Source: Escherichia coli
GTDB lineage: Bacteria > Pseudomonadota > Gammaproteobacteria > Enterobacterales > Enterobacteriaceae
Strand: one strand, 5' to 3'
DNA length: 64,000 bases
Assembly (NCBI RefSeq): GCF_048403405.1
Contig: NZ_CP183129.1
Below, in pieces: positions 23,227 through 34,359 of this stretch. The position numbers were made by a program, and so were the translations under genes. The stretch's first letter is position 1; every line of letters starts with the position of its first letter. The notes beneath the pieces were generated by a model. That model was not told where the DNA came from. It saw nothing but the letters and a program-made list of their open reading frames with translations, and made no database searches.

Positions 23227-26200
23227 TTTACGCTCTCCTGTACCTGGTCATTGCCTTCGCCATCTAACCAGTCAATGTTCTTCATCTTACGCACTACAAC
23301 AAACTCATCGCGGTTAGAACCTACGGTGCCGTAGTAGTTAAAGCCGTATGCCAGATGGGCATAGCCGCCAATCATATGCGTCGGTTTCGGCGTGATACGG
23401 GTGACCGAGTTATGGATACCACCACGCTGTTGGGTAATTTCCGAACCCGGCAGGTTAACGATACGTTCCTGCGCGTGGTACATCATGGTCATCCCTGCCG
23501 GAACACGCTGGCTGACAACCGCACGGGCAGTCAGAGCACCGTTGCTGTTGAAGACTTCAATCCAGTCGTTATCGGCAATGCCCAGATCTTTGGCATCGGC
23601 TTCACTCAGCCAGACCACCGGACCACCGCGACCTAAAGTCAGCATCAGCAGGTTGTCGCTGTAGGTGGAGTGGATACCCCACTTCTGGTGCGGCGTCAGG
23701 AAGTTGAGCGCTTTTTCCGGGTTGCCGTTGGATTTCTGGCCTATCACTTCTTTCACCGAACGGGTGTCGATCGGCGGACGATAAACCAGCAGGCTTTCAC
23801 CGAAATCACGCATCCACTGGTGATCCTGATACAGCTGCTGACGGCCAGAGAGCGTACGCCACGGGATCAGCTCGTGAACGTTGGTGTAACCGGCGTTGTA
23901 AGAAACGTGTTCATCTTCAAGGCCAGACCAGGTCGGGCTGGAGATGATTTTGCGCGGCTGTGCCTGAATATCGCGGAAGCGAATCTTCTCGTCTTCTTTA
24001 TTCAGCGCCAGATGCGTATGGTCACGACCGGTAAACTCGCTCAGGGCAGCCCAGGCTTTCACGGCTACCTGACCGTTGGTTTCCGGTGCCAGCGTCAGGA
24101 TCATCTCTGCCGCATCAATGGCGGTGTTCAGCATCGGCTGACCTTTCGCCGGACCTTCCGCTTTGGTGTAGTTGAGCTTACGCAGCAGATCCATCTCGCT
24201 CTGGGTGTTCCAGGCAATCCCTTTACCGCCATTACCGATTTTCTCCATCAGCGGGCCGATAGAGGTAAAGCGTTCGTAAGTTGCCGGATAATCGCGCTCT
24301 ACGACCATAATGTGCGGTGCAGTTTTACCTGGGATCAGGTCGCATTCGCCTTTTTTCCAGTCTTTCACATCCAGCGGCTGCGCCAGTTCAGCGGCAGAGT
24401 CGTGCTGGATAGGCAGCGTGACGATGTCAGTTTCTTTACCCAGATGACCAACGCACACTTCGGAGAATTTCTTCGCGATGGCTTTGTAGATTTCCCAGTC
24501 GCTTTTCGCTTCCCAGGCCGGATCGACCGCCGCAGACAGCGGGTGAATAAACGGATGCATATCCGAAGTATTCATGTCGTCTTTTTCGTACCAGGTCGCC
24601 GTCGGCAAAATGATGTCGGAATAGAGACAGGTGCTCGACAGACGGAAGTCCAGCGTCACCACCAGATCCAGCTTGCCTTCCAGACCGTTGTCCTGCCAGT
24701 CCACTTCTTCCGGCTTCACGCCGCCCTGCTGCCCCAGGTCTTTGCCCTGGATACCGTGCTCCGTCCCCAGCAGGTACTTGAGCATAAACTCATGACCTTT
24801 ACCGGAAGAACCGAGCAGGTTAGAACGCCAGATGAACAGGTTACGCGGGTGGTTTTTACCGTTTTCCGGCTGTTCTGCCGCAAAACGGATAGAACCCTCT
24901 TTCAGGGATTTCACGGTGTAATCCACCGGATTCATGCCCGCTTTTTCCGCTTCGCGAGCGATAGTTAGCGGGTTAGTGCCTAACTGCGGCGCAGACGGCA
25001 GCCAGCCCATACGTTCTGCACGGACGTTAAAGTCGATCAGATGTCCGGTATAACGGGATTTATCCGCCATCGGCGACAACAACTCTTCTGCGGTCACGGT
25101 TTCATAACGCCACTGGCTGGAGTGGTTATAGAAGTACGAGGTGCTGTTCATGTGACGCGCCGGACGCTGCCAGTCAAGAGCAAACGCCAGCGGCTGCCAG
25201 CCAGTTTGCGGACGCAGTTTTTCCTGACCTACATAGTGCGCCCAGCCACCACCGCTCTGACCGACACAGCCGCAGAAAATCAGCATGTTGATCAGACCAC
25301 GATAGTTCATATCGAGGTGATACCAGTGGTTCAGCCCCGCACCGACGATAATCATCGAACGACCGTGCGTTTTATCCGCGTTATCGGCAAATTCACGGGC
25401 GATGCGAATAATCTGGCTGCGAGAAACGCCGGTAATCTGCTCGGCCCACGCAGGGGTGTAAGCTTTCACGTCGTCATAACTGGTTGCACAATTAACGTCG
25501 TTCAGGCCACGTTCCAGACCGTAGTTTGCCAGCGTCAGATCATAAACGGTGGTCACCAGGGCGGTGCTGCCATCAGCCAGTTGCAGGCGTTTCACCGGCA
25601 GCTTGTGCAGCAGCACGTTTTCCAGTTCCACTTTGTTGAAGTGTTCCGTGCCGTCGCCACCAAAGTACGGGAAGCCCACCTCAGCGATCTCATCCTGGCT
25701 ACCCAGCAGACTCAGTTGCAGCTCGGTTTCTTCGCCAGTTTTGCCGTCGCGCTGCTCAAGATTCCATTTGCCCTTCTCGCCCCAGCGGAAGCCAATAGAA
25801 CCGTTCGGCGCAACCATTTCGCCATTGGTATTAAAGGCGACAGTTTTCCATTCCGGATTGTTTTCCTGGCCCAGCGCATCCACCAGATCGGCAGCGCGCA
25901 GCATACGACCTGCGGCGTAGTAACCGTCGCGTTCTTCCAGCATCACCAGCATCGGCATGTCGGTGTAGCGACGCACATAGTCGGTGAAATACTGGCTTGG
26001 GTTGTCGAGGTGGAATTCACGCAGCATTACGTGGCCCATCGCCAGCGCCATTGCCGCATCGGTGCCCTGTTTCGGTGCCAGCCACAGATCGCACAGTTTG
26101 GCGATTTCAGCGTAGTCTGGTGTGACGGCAACAGTTTTGGTGCCTTTGTAACGCACTTCAGTAAAGAAGTGAGCATCCGGGGTACGCGTCTGCGGCACGT

Positions 26201-26966
26201 TTGAACCCCAGGCGATGATGTAGCTGGAGTTGTACCAGTCAGCAGATTCCGGTACGTCAGTTTGCTCGCCCCAGGTTTGCGGAGACGCAGGAGGCAGGTC
26301 GCAGTACCAGTCGTAGAAGCTTAAGCAAGTACCGCCAAGCAGCGAGAGATAGCGCGCCCCCGATGCGTAAGAAACCATCGACATTGCCGGAATTGGCGAG
26401 AAACCAGCGACACGGTCCGGGCCGTAGTTTTTGATGGTGTAAACGTTAGATGCGGCGATCAGTTCGTTCACTTCCTGCCAGGAAGAACGAACAAAACCAC
26501 CGCGTCCACGCGCCTGCTTAAAGCTTTTCGCTTTATCGGCGTCTTCAATGATAGAAGCCCATGCCTCAACCGGATCGCTATGCAGCGCCTTCGCTTCACG
26601 CCACATTTTCATCAGGCGTTTGCGCATCATCGGGTATTTCAGGCGGTTGGCACTGTAAAGATACCAGGAGTAGCTGGCACCGCGCGGGCAGCCGCGAGGT
26701 TCATGGTTTGGCAGATCCGGACGGGTACGCGGATAGTCAGTCTGCTGGGTTTCCCAGGTGACCAGACCGTTTTTGACGTAGATTTTCCAGCTGCAGGAGC
26801 CGGTGCAGTTTACCCCGTGGGTAGAGCGGACGATTTTGTCATGCTGCCAACGCTGGCGATATCCATCCTCCCAGTCGCGGTTGGTATTGAGAAGCTGGCC
26901 ATGCCCATCGGCAAAGGTTTCACCCTTCTGTTTGAAGTAGCGAAACCGGTCCAGGAATTTACTCAT
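23223..26966 (-). CDS. narG: respiratory nitrate reductase alpha subunit (molybdopterin)
   Basis: 1247 aa; N-terminal HGVNCTGSCSW Fe-S motif, molybdopterin oxidoreductase domains. Confidence 0.97.
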   Translation of the reverse strand: MSKFLDRFRYFKQKGETFADGHGQLLNTNRDWEDGYRQRWQHDKIVRSTHGVNCTGSCSWKIYVKNGLVTWETQQTDYPRTRPDLPNHEPRGCPRGASYSWYLYSANRLKYPMMRKRLMKMWREAKALHSDPVEAWASIIEDADKAKSFKQARGRGGFVRSSWQEVNELIAASNVYTIKNYGPDRVAGFSPIPAMSMVSYASGARYLSLLGGTCLSFYDWYCDLPPASPQTWGEQTDVPESADWYNSSYIIAWGSNVPQTRTPDAHFFTEVRYKGTKTVAVTPDYAEIAKLCDLWLAPKQGTDAAMALAMGHVMLREFHLDNPSQYFTDYVRRYTDMPMLVMLEERDGYYAAGRMLRAADLVDALGQENNPEWKTVAFNTNGEMVAPNGSIGFRWGEKGKWNLEQRDGKTGEETELQLSLLGSQDEIAEVGFPYFGGDGTEHFNKVELENVLLHKLPVKRLQLADGSTALVTTVYDLTLANYGLERGLNDVNCATSYDDVKAYTPAWAEQITGVSRSQIIRIAREFADNADKTHGRSMIIVGAGLNHWYHLDMNYRGLINMLIFCGCVGQSGGGWAHYVGQEKLRPQTGWQPLAFALDWQRPARHMNSTSYFYNHSSQWRYETVTAEELLSPMADKSRYTGHLIDFNVRAERMGWLPSAPQLGTNPLTIAREAEKAGMNPVDYTVKSLKEGSIRFAAEQPENGKNHPRNLFIWRSNLLGSSGKGHEFMLKYLLGTEHGIQGKDLGQQGGVKPEEVDWQDNGLEGKLDLVVTLDFRLSSTCLYSDIILPTATWYEKDDMNTSDMHPFIHPLSAAVDPAWEAKSDWEIYKAIAKKFSEVCVGHLGKETDIVTLPIQHDSAAELAQPLDVKDWKKGECDLIPGKTAPHIMVVERDYPATYERFTSIGPLMEKIGNGGKGIAWNTQSEMDLLRKLNYTKAEGPAKGQPMLNTAIDAAEMILTLAPETNGQVAVKAWAALSEFTGRDHTHLALNKEDEKIRFRDIQAQPRKIISSPTWSGLEDEHVSYNAGYTNVHELIPWRTLSGRQQLYQDHQWMRDFGESLLVYRPPIDTRSVKEVIGQKSNGNPEKALNFLTPHQKWGIHSTYSDNLLMLTLGRGGPVVWLSEADAKDLGIADNDWIEVFNSNGALTARAVVSQRVPAGMTMMYHAQERIVNLPGSEITQQRGGIHNSVTRITPKPTHMIGGYAHLAYGFNYYGTVGSNRDEFVVVRKMKNIDWLDGEGNDQVQESVK

Positions 26967-27057
26967 CGGTTTTCTCCTGTGGGAGCCTGTCGGCCCTCTG
27001 ATAAATCGACATTGCTAATGTTTAAGGGCAAGGTAACGCTCTGAAACAGCGTGGGAA

Positions 27058-27071
27058 TTGATAACGATCAA
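27058..27071 (-). promoter_or_regulatory. FNR box upstream of narG (ttgat-N4-atcaa)
   Basis: Perfect FNR consensus about 92 nt upstream of the narG start codon; NarL-type heptamers (tacccct, tacccat) further upstream at about 27102 and 27215. Confidence 0.7.
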
Positions 27072-27310
27072 GAGTGATGGGGATGAAAAATAAAGTAAAT
27101 TCCTAAGATACCCCTTTAGGATAATTAACAGCCACCACATAACAGACTGTAAATTAAGACGTTTTATACCTGTAGTTATTTAAACTATTAAGATTTTTAT
27201 GCAGATGGGTATTAAGGAGTATTCCCCATGGGTAACATATTAATGGCTCTTAATGAAATCCGGCGAAATAAGCCACTCACACATAAGTATGTTGTAACTA
27301 AAAGACAGAT

Positions 27311-27336
27311 AAAAAAAGCGCGACATCATGCCGCGC
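27311..27336 (-). terminator. narK intrinsic terminator
   Basis: Minus strand hairpin gcgcggcatgatgtcgcgc followed by TTTTTTT, 25 nt after the narK stop. Confidence 0.7.
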
Positions 27337-27359
27337 AAAGGATAATCAAATATTAAGAT

Positions 27360-28751
27360 TTATTTTTTAGAATGCCGACCATATACCGCCCAGGTAATCA
27401 CTACGCAGGCGATATAGAAAATCAAAAATACTTTCATTGCGCCGACTGGAGAACCCGTTAATGCCAGCGAGCTACCGAACGCTTTCGGGATAAAGAAGCC
27501 ACCAATCGCGCCAATCGCAGAGATGAAACCCAGCGCCGCCGCCGTGTCGGTTGCCGCTTCACGCATCGCACGTTCGTCAGAACCCCCTTCTGCTTTCACG
27601 CGATCCATTGTCAGTTTACGGAAGATCACGGAAATCATCTGGAAAGTGGAACCACTACCCAGCCCAGCTGTCAGGAACAGCGCCAGGAAGACTGCGAAGA
27701 ACGCCATGAAGCTTCCGCCCTGCCCGTCAGTCGGTAAGGTCAGGAACAGCAGGCCGCTGAAAATCGCCATCAGGATAAAGTTCACCAGTGTAACACGAGT
27801 TCCGCCCAGACGGTCAGATAATGCACCACCTGCAGAACGCGCCAGCGCACCAATAAACGGCCCGAAGAAAGCGTATTGCAGAATCTGAACATCCGGGAAC
27901 TGCGTTTTTGACAGCATCGCAAAGCCCGCGGAGAAGCCGATGAAGGAGCCGAAGGTTGCCAGATACAGCAGGCTCATAATCCACAGATGACCCCGTTTGA
28001 GTACCGGCAACTGCTCCTTGATGGAGGCTTTCGAGGTAGCAAGATCGTTCATGCCAAACCACGCCGCAATGGTGAAGATGGCAAGGAACGGCACCCATAC
28101 CCAGGACGCATTCGCCAGATACAGCTCACTCCCATCCGGCTGTTTGACACCCTGGCTACCAAATACTGCGAAAATCGACAGTGATACCACCAGCGGAGCA
28201 ACCAACTGCATGACGCTGACGCCCATGTTGCCCAGACCACCATTCAGGCCCAGCGCGCCACCCTGCTTCTGTTTCGGAAAGAAGAAGCTGATGTTTGCCA
28301 TACTGGATGCGAAGTTCGCGCCAGCAAAGCCGCACAGCAGAGAGATGATGATGAAGACGCTATAAGGCGTGGAGGTATCCTGCACGGCAAAACCCAGCCA
28401 GACGCAAGGAATAATCAGAATACCGGTGCTGAACGCCGTCCAGCGACGACCACCGAAGATAGGAACCATAAAGGAGTATGGAACACGTAATAACGCGCCA
28501 GAAACCGAAGGCAGCGCAGTCAACATAAATAGCTGATCTGTCGTAAAATTAAAACCAACTTTTGGTAAGTTCACCGCAACAGCGCTGAACAACATCCATA
28601 CGCAAAACGCCAGCAGCAGACAGGGAACGGAAATCCACAGGTTGCGGCTGGCAATACGTTGACCGCGTTGTTGCCAGAACGCAGGATCTTCCGGTCGCCA
28701 ATCTGTAATGACAGCTCCAGTAGCCCTTTCGGGGGCGGATGAGTGACTCAT
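27360..28751 (-). CDS. narK: nitrate/nitrite antiporter (MFS)
   Basis: 12-TM MFS protein; start taken at MSHSSAPERATG (third Met of the 465 aa ORF-track entry). Confidence 0.95.
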   Translation of the reverse strand: MSHSSAPERATGAVITDWRPEDPAFWQQRGQRIASRNLWISVPCLLLAFCVWMLFSAVAVNLPKVGFNFTTDQLFMLTALPSVSGALLRVPYSFMVPIFGGRRWTAFSTGILIIPCVWLGFAVQDTSTPYSVFIIISLLCGFAGANFASSMANISFFFPKQKQGGALGLNGGLGNMGVSVMQLVAPLVVSLSIFAVFGSQGVKQPDGSELYLANASWVWVPFLAIFTIAAWFGMNDLATSKASIKEQLPVLKRGHLWIMSLLYLATFGSFIGFSAGFAMLSKTQFPDVQILQYAFFGPFIGALARSAGGALSDRLGGTRVTLVNFILMAIFSGLLFLTLPTDGQGGSFMAFFAVFLALFLTAGLGSGSTFQMISVIFRKLTMDRVKAEGGSDERAMREAATDTAAALGFISAIGAIGGFFIPKAFGSSLALTGSPVGAMKVFLIFYIACVVITWAVYGRHSKK

Positions 28752-28810
28752 AGACACCTCTGATACTCGTTTCGATGTCTGCCACCTTAGTGTCTGTAGC
28801 TAAAGGCAAT

Positions 28811-28824
28811 TTGATGTAAATCAA
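28811..28824 (-). promoter_or_regulatory. FNR box upstream of narK (ttgat-N4-atcaa)
   Basis: Perfect consensus about 60 nt upstream of the narK start, in the narK/narX divergent region; a weaker second box near 28849. Confidence 0.65.
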
Positions 28825-29089
28825 ACGATAAGATAACTTTATCTATCATTGATATTTATCATTACCCATAGTGAGTACAGTGATTTCATAAAAATTATGA
28901 GATTTTTCACGGTGCTGTAGAATCCCTACCCTTACCGATGTAAAGCGACTAACCACACGGCAAATAAGGAGTAACTCTTTCCGGGTATGGGTATACTTCA
29001 GCCAATAGCCGAGAATACTGCCATTCCAGAATGTATCGTCACATTCATTAAGGTTATTGCTCATTTAAAGCCTGAAGGAAGAGGTTTAC

Positions 29090-30886
29090 ATGCTTAAACG
29101 TTGTCTCTCTCCGCTCACCCTGGTTAATCAGGTTGCGCTTATTGTGTTGCTTTCTACTGCTATTGGACTGGCAGGGATGGCAGTTTCTGGCTGGCTGGTG
29201 CAAGGCGTTCAGGGCAGCGCCCATGCGATCAACAAAGCGGGATCGCTGCGCATGCAAAGTTACCGTCTGTTGGCAGCAGTGCCATTAAGCGAGAAAGACA
29301 AGCCCTTAATTAAAGAAATGGAACAAACGGCATTTAGCGCCGAGTTAACCCGAGCAGCAGAACGAGACGGACAACTGGCGCAATTACAGGGTTTACAAGA
29401 TTACTGGCGTAATGAACTGATCCCTACGCTGATGCGTGCACAAAACCGCGAAACGGTGTCAGCGGATGTCAGCCAGTTTGTTGCCGGGCTTGATCAGCTG
29501 GTGTCTGGTTTTGACCGCACCACGGAAATGCGTATTGAGACAGTGGTGCTGGTCCATCGGGTAATGGCGGTATTTATGGCACTTTTACTGGTGTTCACTA
29601 TTATCTGGTTGCGGGCGCGATTGCTACAACCGTGGCGGCAACTGCTGGCAATGGCGAGTGCCGTCAGCCATCGCGATTTTACCCAACGCGCGAACATCAG
29701 CGGGCGCAACGAAATGGCGATGCTTGGAACTGCGTTGAACAATATGTCTGCAGAACTGGCCGAAAGTTATGCCATACTTGAGCAGCGGGTTCAGGAGAAA
29801 ACCGCCGGGCTGGAGCATAAAAATCAGATCCTCTCTTTTTTATGGCAGGCCAACCGCCGATTGCATTCCCGCGCCCCGCTGTGTGAACGCCTGTCACCTG
29901 TACTCAACGGCTTACAGAATTTGACCCTGCTACGTGATATTGAACTGCGGGTGTATGACACTGATGATGAAGAGAATCATCAGGAGTTTACCTGCCAGCC
30001 AGATATGACTTGTGATGATAAAGGCTGCCAGCTCTGCCCGCGCGGCGTATTACCCGTTGGCGATCGCGGCACAACCCTGAAGTGGCGGCTGGCTGACTCT
30101 CATACGCAGTACGGTATTTTGCTGGCGACCCTGCCGCAGGGGCGTCATCTTAGCCATGATCAACAACAACTGGTGGATACCCTGGTTGAACAACTCACCG
30201 CCACGCTGGCGTTGGATCGCCATCAGGAACGTCAGCAACAGTTGATCGTGATGGAAGAGCGTGCCACCATTGCGCGCGAACTGCATGATTCTATTGCCCA
30301 ATCTCTCTCTTGCATGAAGATGCAGGTGAGTTGTTTACAGATGCAGGGCGATGCGCTGCCAGAAAGCAGTCGCGAACTGTTAAGTCAGATCCGTAACGAA
30401 CTGAATGCATCCTGGGCGCAGTTGCGTGAATTGCTCACCACATTCCGTTTGCAGCTCACCGAGCCTGGATTACGTCCGGCGCTGGAGGCGAGTTGCGAAG
30501 AGTACAGCGCCAAATTTGGCTTCCCGGTGAAGCTGAATTATCAATTGCCGCCTCGTCTGGTGCCTTCGCATCAGGCAATCCACTTGTTGCAAATTGCCCG
30601 TGAGGCATTAAGTAACGCCCTCAAACATTCGCAAGCGAGTGAAGTCGTGGTGACGGTGGCGCAAAACGATAATCAGGTCAAACTGACCGTCCAGGATAAC
30701 GGCTGCGGCGTGCCTGAAAATGCCATCCGCAGCAATCACTACGGCATGATAATAATGCGCGACCGTGCGCAAAGTTTACGAGGCGATTGCCGCGTCCGCC
30801 GTCGTGAATCAGGTGGCACCGAAGTGGTGGTCACCTTTATTCCCGAAAAAACTTTCACAGACGTCCAAGGAGATACCCATGAGTAA
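29090..30886 (+). CDS. narX: nitrate/nitrite sensor histidine kinase
   Basis: 598 aa; two TM helices, [14 protein letters not shown]-box, C-terminal ATPase domain. Confidence 0.96.
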
Positions 30887-31529
30887 TCAGGAACCGGCTA
30901 CTATCCTGCTGATCGACGATCACCCGATGCTGCGAACTGGCGTAAAACAGCTTATCAGTATGGCACCAGATATCACCGTGGTTGGCGAAGCGAGTAATGG
31001 CGAACAGGGTATTGAACTGGCGGAATCTCTTGATCCCGATTTGATCCTGTTAGATCTCAATATGCCCGGCATGAACGGTCTGGAAACGCTGGATAAACTG
31101 CGCGAAAAGTCCCTCTCCGGGCGCATTGTGGTATTCAGCGTTTCTAACCATGAAGAAGATGTGGTCACCGCACTGAAACGCGGCGCGGATGGCTATCTGT
31201 TAAAAGATATGGAACCGGAAGATCTGCTGAAAGCGTTACATCAGGCAGCTGCTGGCGAAATGGTATTAAGCGAAGCATTAACGCCTGTTCTGGCCGCCAG
31301 CTTGCGTGCTAACCGTGCCACTACTGAGCGCGATGTTAACCAGTTAACCCCACGCGAGCGCGATATTCTCAAGCTGATTGCCCAGGGTTTGCCGAACAAG
31401 ATGATTGCCCGCCGCCTGGACATCACCGAAAGCACAGTAAAAGTGCACGTCAAGCACATGCTGAAGAAAATGAAGCTCAAGTCTCGCGTGGAAGCAGCGG
31501 TATGGGTGCATCAGGAGCGCATTTTCTGA
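30879..31529 (+). CDS. narL: nitrate/nitrite response regulator (LuxR/FixJ type)
   Basis: Start at ATG giving [18 protein letters not shown] (216 aa), overlapping the narX stop; the ORF-track entry begins upstream inside narX. Confidence 0.95.
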
Positions 31530-32960
31530 TTACGGTTCCCAGCGCAGTTCGTCGTTTGACAATGCATCGAACGGTTCGACAAGCGTTAGCGTGATCTCAT
31601 TGGAGGAGACACGCTGCCCCTGGTTATCTTCCACCACCACCGACAATCGCCAGTGATTGCTCGCCCCTTCCCCGTTCTGCCAGTCAGGCATGATCAGCGT
31701 CCAGCCCTCCACGCTGTTGGCTTGTGCGCCCGGCGTCAAACTTAATATCTGCGTATCGCCCTGCCAAATCAGTTGCCGAATACCGTAACGACTGCGGATT
31801 TGTAATTTCAGCGGCACTGTTTCGCCAGGTTTTAGATCCCACGGAGGTGTCGCCAGAAACACCGTTAACGTTTTTCGCTGTCGGTACTCAAGAGTCGGTA
31901 GATTATTTCGCTGCGGATTGTCATAGCGACTACCACGTAACGACTGACTTTCGGCAACCTCGCCCGCAGAAAGTTGTTTTTTGAGCGGTACACCAAAGCG
32001 GTAATTAAGATTCAGCCCGAGGTTATTTTGATTTTCGCCACTTTCACCCTGTTTATGCTGGGCCGTCACAGTGACTAATGGCACTGGGGTGTAATTTAAT
32101 CCCAGACTCAACGCGACGGGATTGTGATAACCCGTACCAGAGTTAAACAAATCAACACGATCACCAAAATACTGTTCTACGCTGACACTGGTATTGAGGT
32201 GTTGATAGAACGGCATGCGCATCCGGGCTGTCAGGTCGTACCCGCGCGCCATCCGTTGTTCCTGCGTGGCTGTCTGTTCGTGCCATGCAGCAAACGGCTG
32301 GTAAAAGTTTGCCGATAGTCGCAAATATTCGCCCCACGCTTCGGCACCAAAGCCCGCTCGCTGAAGATTTTCGTCCAGCAAGTAGTCATAAAAAGTGTTA
32401 TAACCCACCAGCCAGCTGCCGCGCGCCCAGCGTTGCCCAACGCCCACATTGCTCACCAACCCATCATCCTGCTGAGTAAGCCCCAGCTGGCTCCAGGTGA
32501 GATAACGATCATTATCTTGTAACGGCACAAACCAGCTTCCACGACTGCCGGTGAAATGTCCTTCGTTATCCAGTTTGACGTCAACACTGGCATTTCCCCA
32601 CGGTGATAGCCAGGACTCTACGTGCTGATTAACCTGTTGACTAAGCGCATCGCGGACTTTTCCCAATGCGAAAGCTTTTGCCTGCTCGCCAGTATCCAGC
32701 CCGTTATCATTCATACTGGTTTCGCCGAAATCTTTCACAATTTCAGCAAAGTGTTTTTCCCCATCATGATTTTCAGGTGCCATGCCTAAATCCGGCAGAC
32801 CATCATTGTTATTATCAAAGGGATTTGCCGCTTTTTGCTCGAAGGTAGATTGTGCGTTAGCTGTACCGCCTGCCGCCAGCAAGAGTAAATAAAACGGAAT
32901 AATGCGAGGAACGAAACGGCTCAAAACGTCGGTAACTTCCGGTAAAAAATGAAAAACCAT
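31530..32960 (-). CDS. ychO: invasin/intimin-like outer membrane protein YchO
   Basis: 476 aa ORF with N-terminal signal peptide and intimin/invasin-like beta domain; exact start not resolved. Confidence 0.8.
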   Translation of the reverse strand: MVFHFLPEVTDVLSRFVPRIIPFYLLLLAAGGTANAQSTFEQKAANPFDNNNDGLPDLGMAPENHDGEKHFAEIVKDFGETSMNDNGLDTGEQAKAFALGKVRDALSQQVNQHVESWLSPWGNASVDVKLDNEGHFTGSRGSWFVPLQDNDRYLTWSQLGLTQQDDGLVSNVGVGQRWARGSWLVGYNTFYDYLLDENLQRAGFGAEAWGEYLRLSANFYQPFAAWHEQTATQEQRMARGYDLTARMRMPFYQHLNTSVSVEQYFGDRVDLFNSGTGYHNPVALSLGLNYTPVPLVTVTAQHKQGESGENQNNLGLNLNYRFGVPLKKQLSAGEVAESQSLRGSRYDNPQRNNLPTLEYRQRKTLTVFLATPPWDLKPGETVPLKLQIRSRYGIRQLIWQGDTQILSLTPGAQANSVEGWTLIMPDWQNGEGASNHWRLSVVVEDNQGQRVSSNEITLTLVEPFDALSNDELRWEP

Positions 32961-32988
32961 AGCCCTAAAGAATAACGATTACTGGCAA

Positions 32989-33092
<104 letters not shown>

Positions 33093-33109
33093 GAATACAG
33101 GAGTAAATA

Positions 33110-33463
33110 ATGCAAAAAATCGTGATCGTTGCCAATGGCGCACCTTACGGGAGCGAATCCTTGTTTAACAGCTTGCGGCTGGCCATTGCGTTACGAGAGC
33201 AGGAGAACAATCTGGATCTGCGTCTGTTCCTGATGTCTGATGCGGTCACAGCCGGGTTGCGCGGGCAAAAACCAGGGGAAGGCTACAACATTCAGCAAAT
33301 GCTGGAGATCCTTACCGCTCAGAATGTACCGGTGAAATTGTGCAAAACCTGTACCGACGGGCGCGGGATTAGCACACTTCCTCTGATTGATGGGGTGGAA
33401 ATCGGTACTCTTGTGGAACTGGCGCAATGGACGCTGTCAGCCGATAAAGTGCTCACATTTTAA
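33110..33463 (+). CDS. ychN: DsrE/DsrF-like protein YchN
   Basis: 117 aa MQKIVIVANGAPYGSE... Confidence 0.88.
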   Translation: MQKIVIVANGAPYGSESLFNSLRLAIALREQENNLDLRLFLMSDAVTAGLRGQKPGEGYNIQQMLEILTAQNVPVKLCKTCTDGRGISTLPLIDGVEIGTLVELAQWTLSADKVLTF

Positions 33464-33506
33464 TGTTTGAGGGGGCGTCTGACGCCCCACTATGAGGGAA
33501 GTTTAC

Positions 33507-34202
33507 TCAGGCGAATCCCGGCCGTAACACACCATCCGGATAATTCTCCGCCAGCAGTTTTTTTACCGATACCAGCAAATCATTCAGCCCATCGTCCTGC
33601 ATTCCCAGTTTGATAAGCTCCTGTTCCAGTGAAAACAGGTATTGTGCGTTGGTTCCCAGTGGACCGCTCGCCGCTGCAATCAACGGCGCGATGACCTGAG
33701 CGCGAGTGTCAGATTCATATTCTGGATGTCGCGGGTCCATAATAAACACAATGGCGTTTACTGTGCGTCCATCATCAAGATCAAGCTGACACCAGGTTGG
33801 CAGATAACAGCCGGTAATCATCTCGCGCTTCCACAACAGGGTTAGTTCCTGCTCCAGCGTCTCTTCTGGCAGTCGATAGGCGACGCCTGTGGTGCGTCCG
33901 CCCTCTTTCAGTGCAAGCATCCGTCCCGGCTGGTGCGCAGTCCCACGCCCGGCGGTCAGGCGCAGGCAAAACGCGCGATGCCATCCAACCAGTGTACCGG
34001 TGCACGACTCGGTAAACTCCAGTGCCGGATTCCACATCAACGATCCATAACCGAAGATCCACACCGGTCCCTCATCAGGTCGACAAGCCAGCGTCGCCGC
34101 CAGCGAAGCCGCCCGTTGCTCTGCTGACCATAAGAGTGATTCTTCAATGGCACCAAATGCCGTTTTACAATCGGCATTCATCAAGAAATCACGCGTTATC
34201 AC
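33507..34202 (-). CDS. chaC: gamma-glutamylcyclotransferase ChaC
   Basis: GTG start giving (M)ITRDFLMNADCK..., 231 aa; the ORF-track entry is 12 codons longer; YGSLMW motif. Confidence 0.85.
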   Translation of the reverse strand: MITRDFLMNADCKTAFGAIEESLLWSAEQRAASLAATLACRPDEGPVWIFGYGSLMWNPALEFTESCTGTLVGWHRAFCLRLTAGRGTAHQPGRMLALKEGGRTTGVAYRLPEETLEQELTLLWKREMITGCYLPTWCQLDLDDGRTVNAIVFIMDPRHPEYESDTRAQVIAPLIAAASGPLGTNAQYLFSLEQELIKLGMQDDGLNDLLVSVKKLLAENYPDGVLRPGFA

Positions 34203-34359
34203 CTTACACCTCCGCCACTGCATACTTCCCTGCGACAACTTTTTGGTGTCTTCCGGACATTTTTACTGCTCATTTTGAAACCACTAACGGGACAATATGC
34301 AATCCACGGACCACTTGCAAGGCAACACCGCACGAATAGCTTTAACTAAGCTACCGGTT

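Noticed and set aside
21772-26204. Long plus-strand ORFs (462, 432, 387, 123, 119 aa) inside narH and narG
   Set aside because: They lie antisense to nar genes whose products are unmistakable; their translations are Arg/Val/Phe-rich low-complexity sequence typical of antisense frames in GC-rich genes
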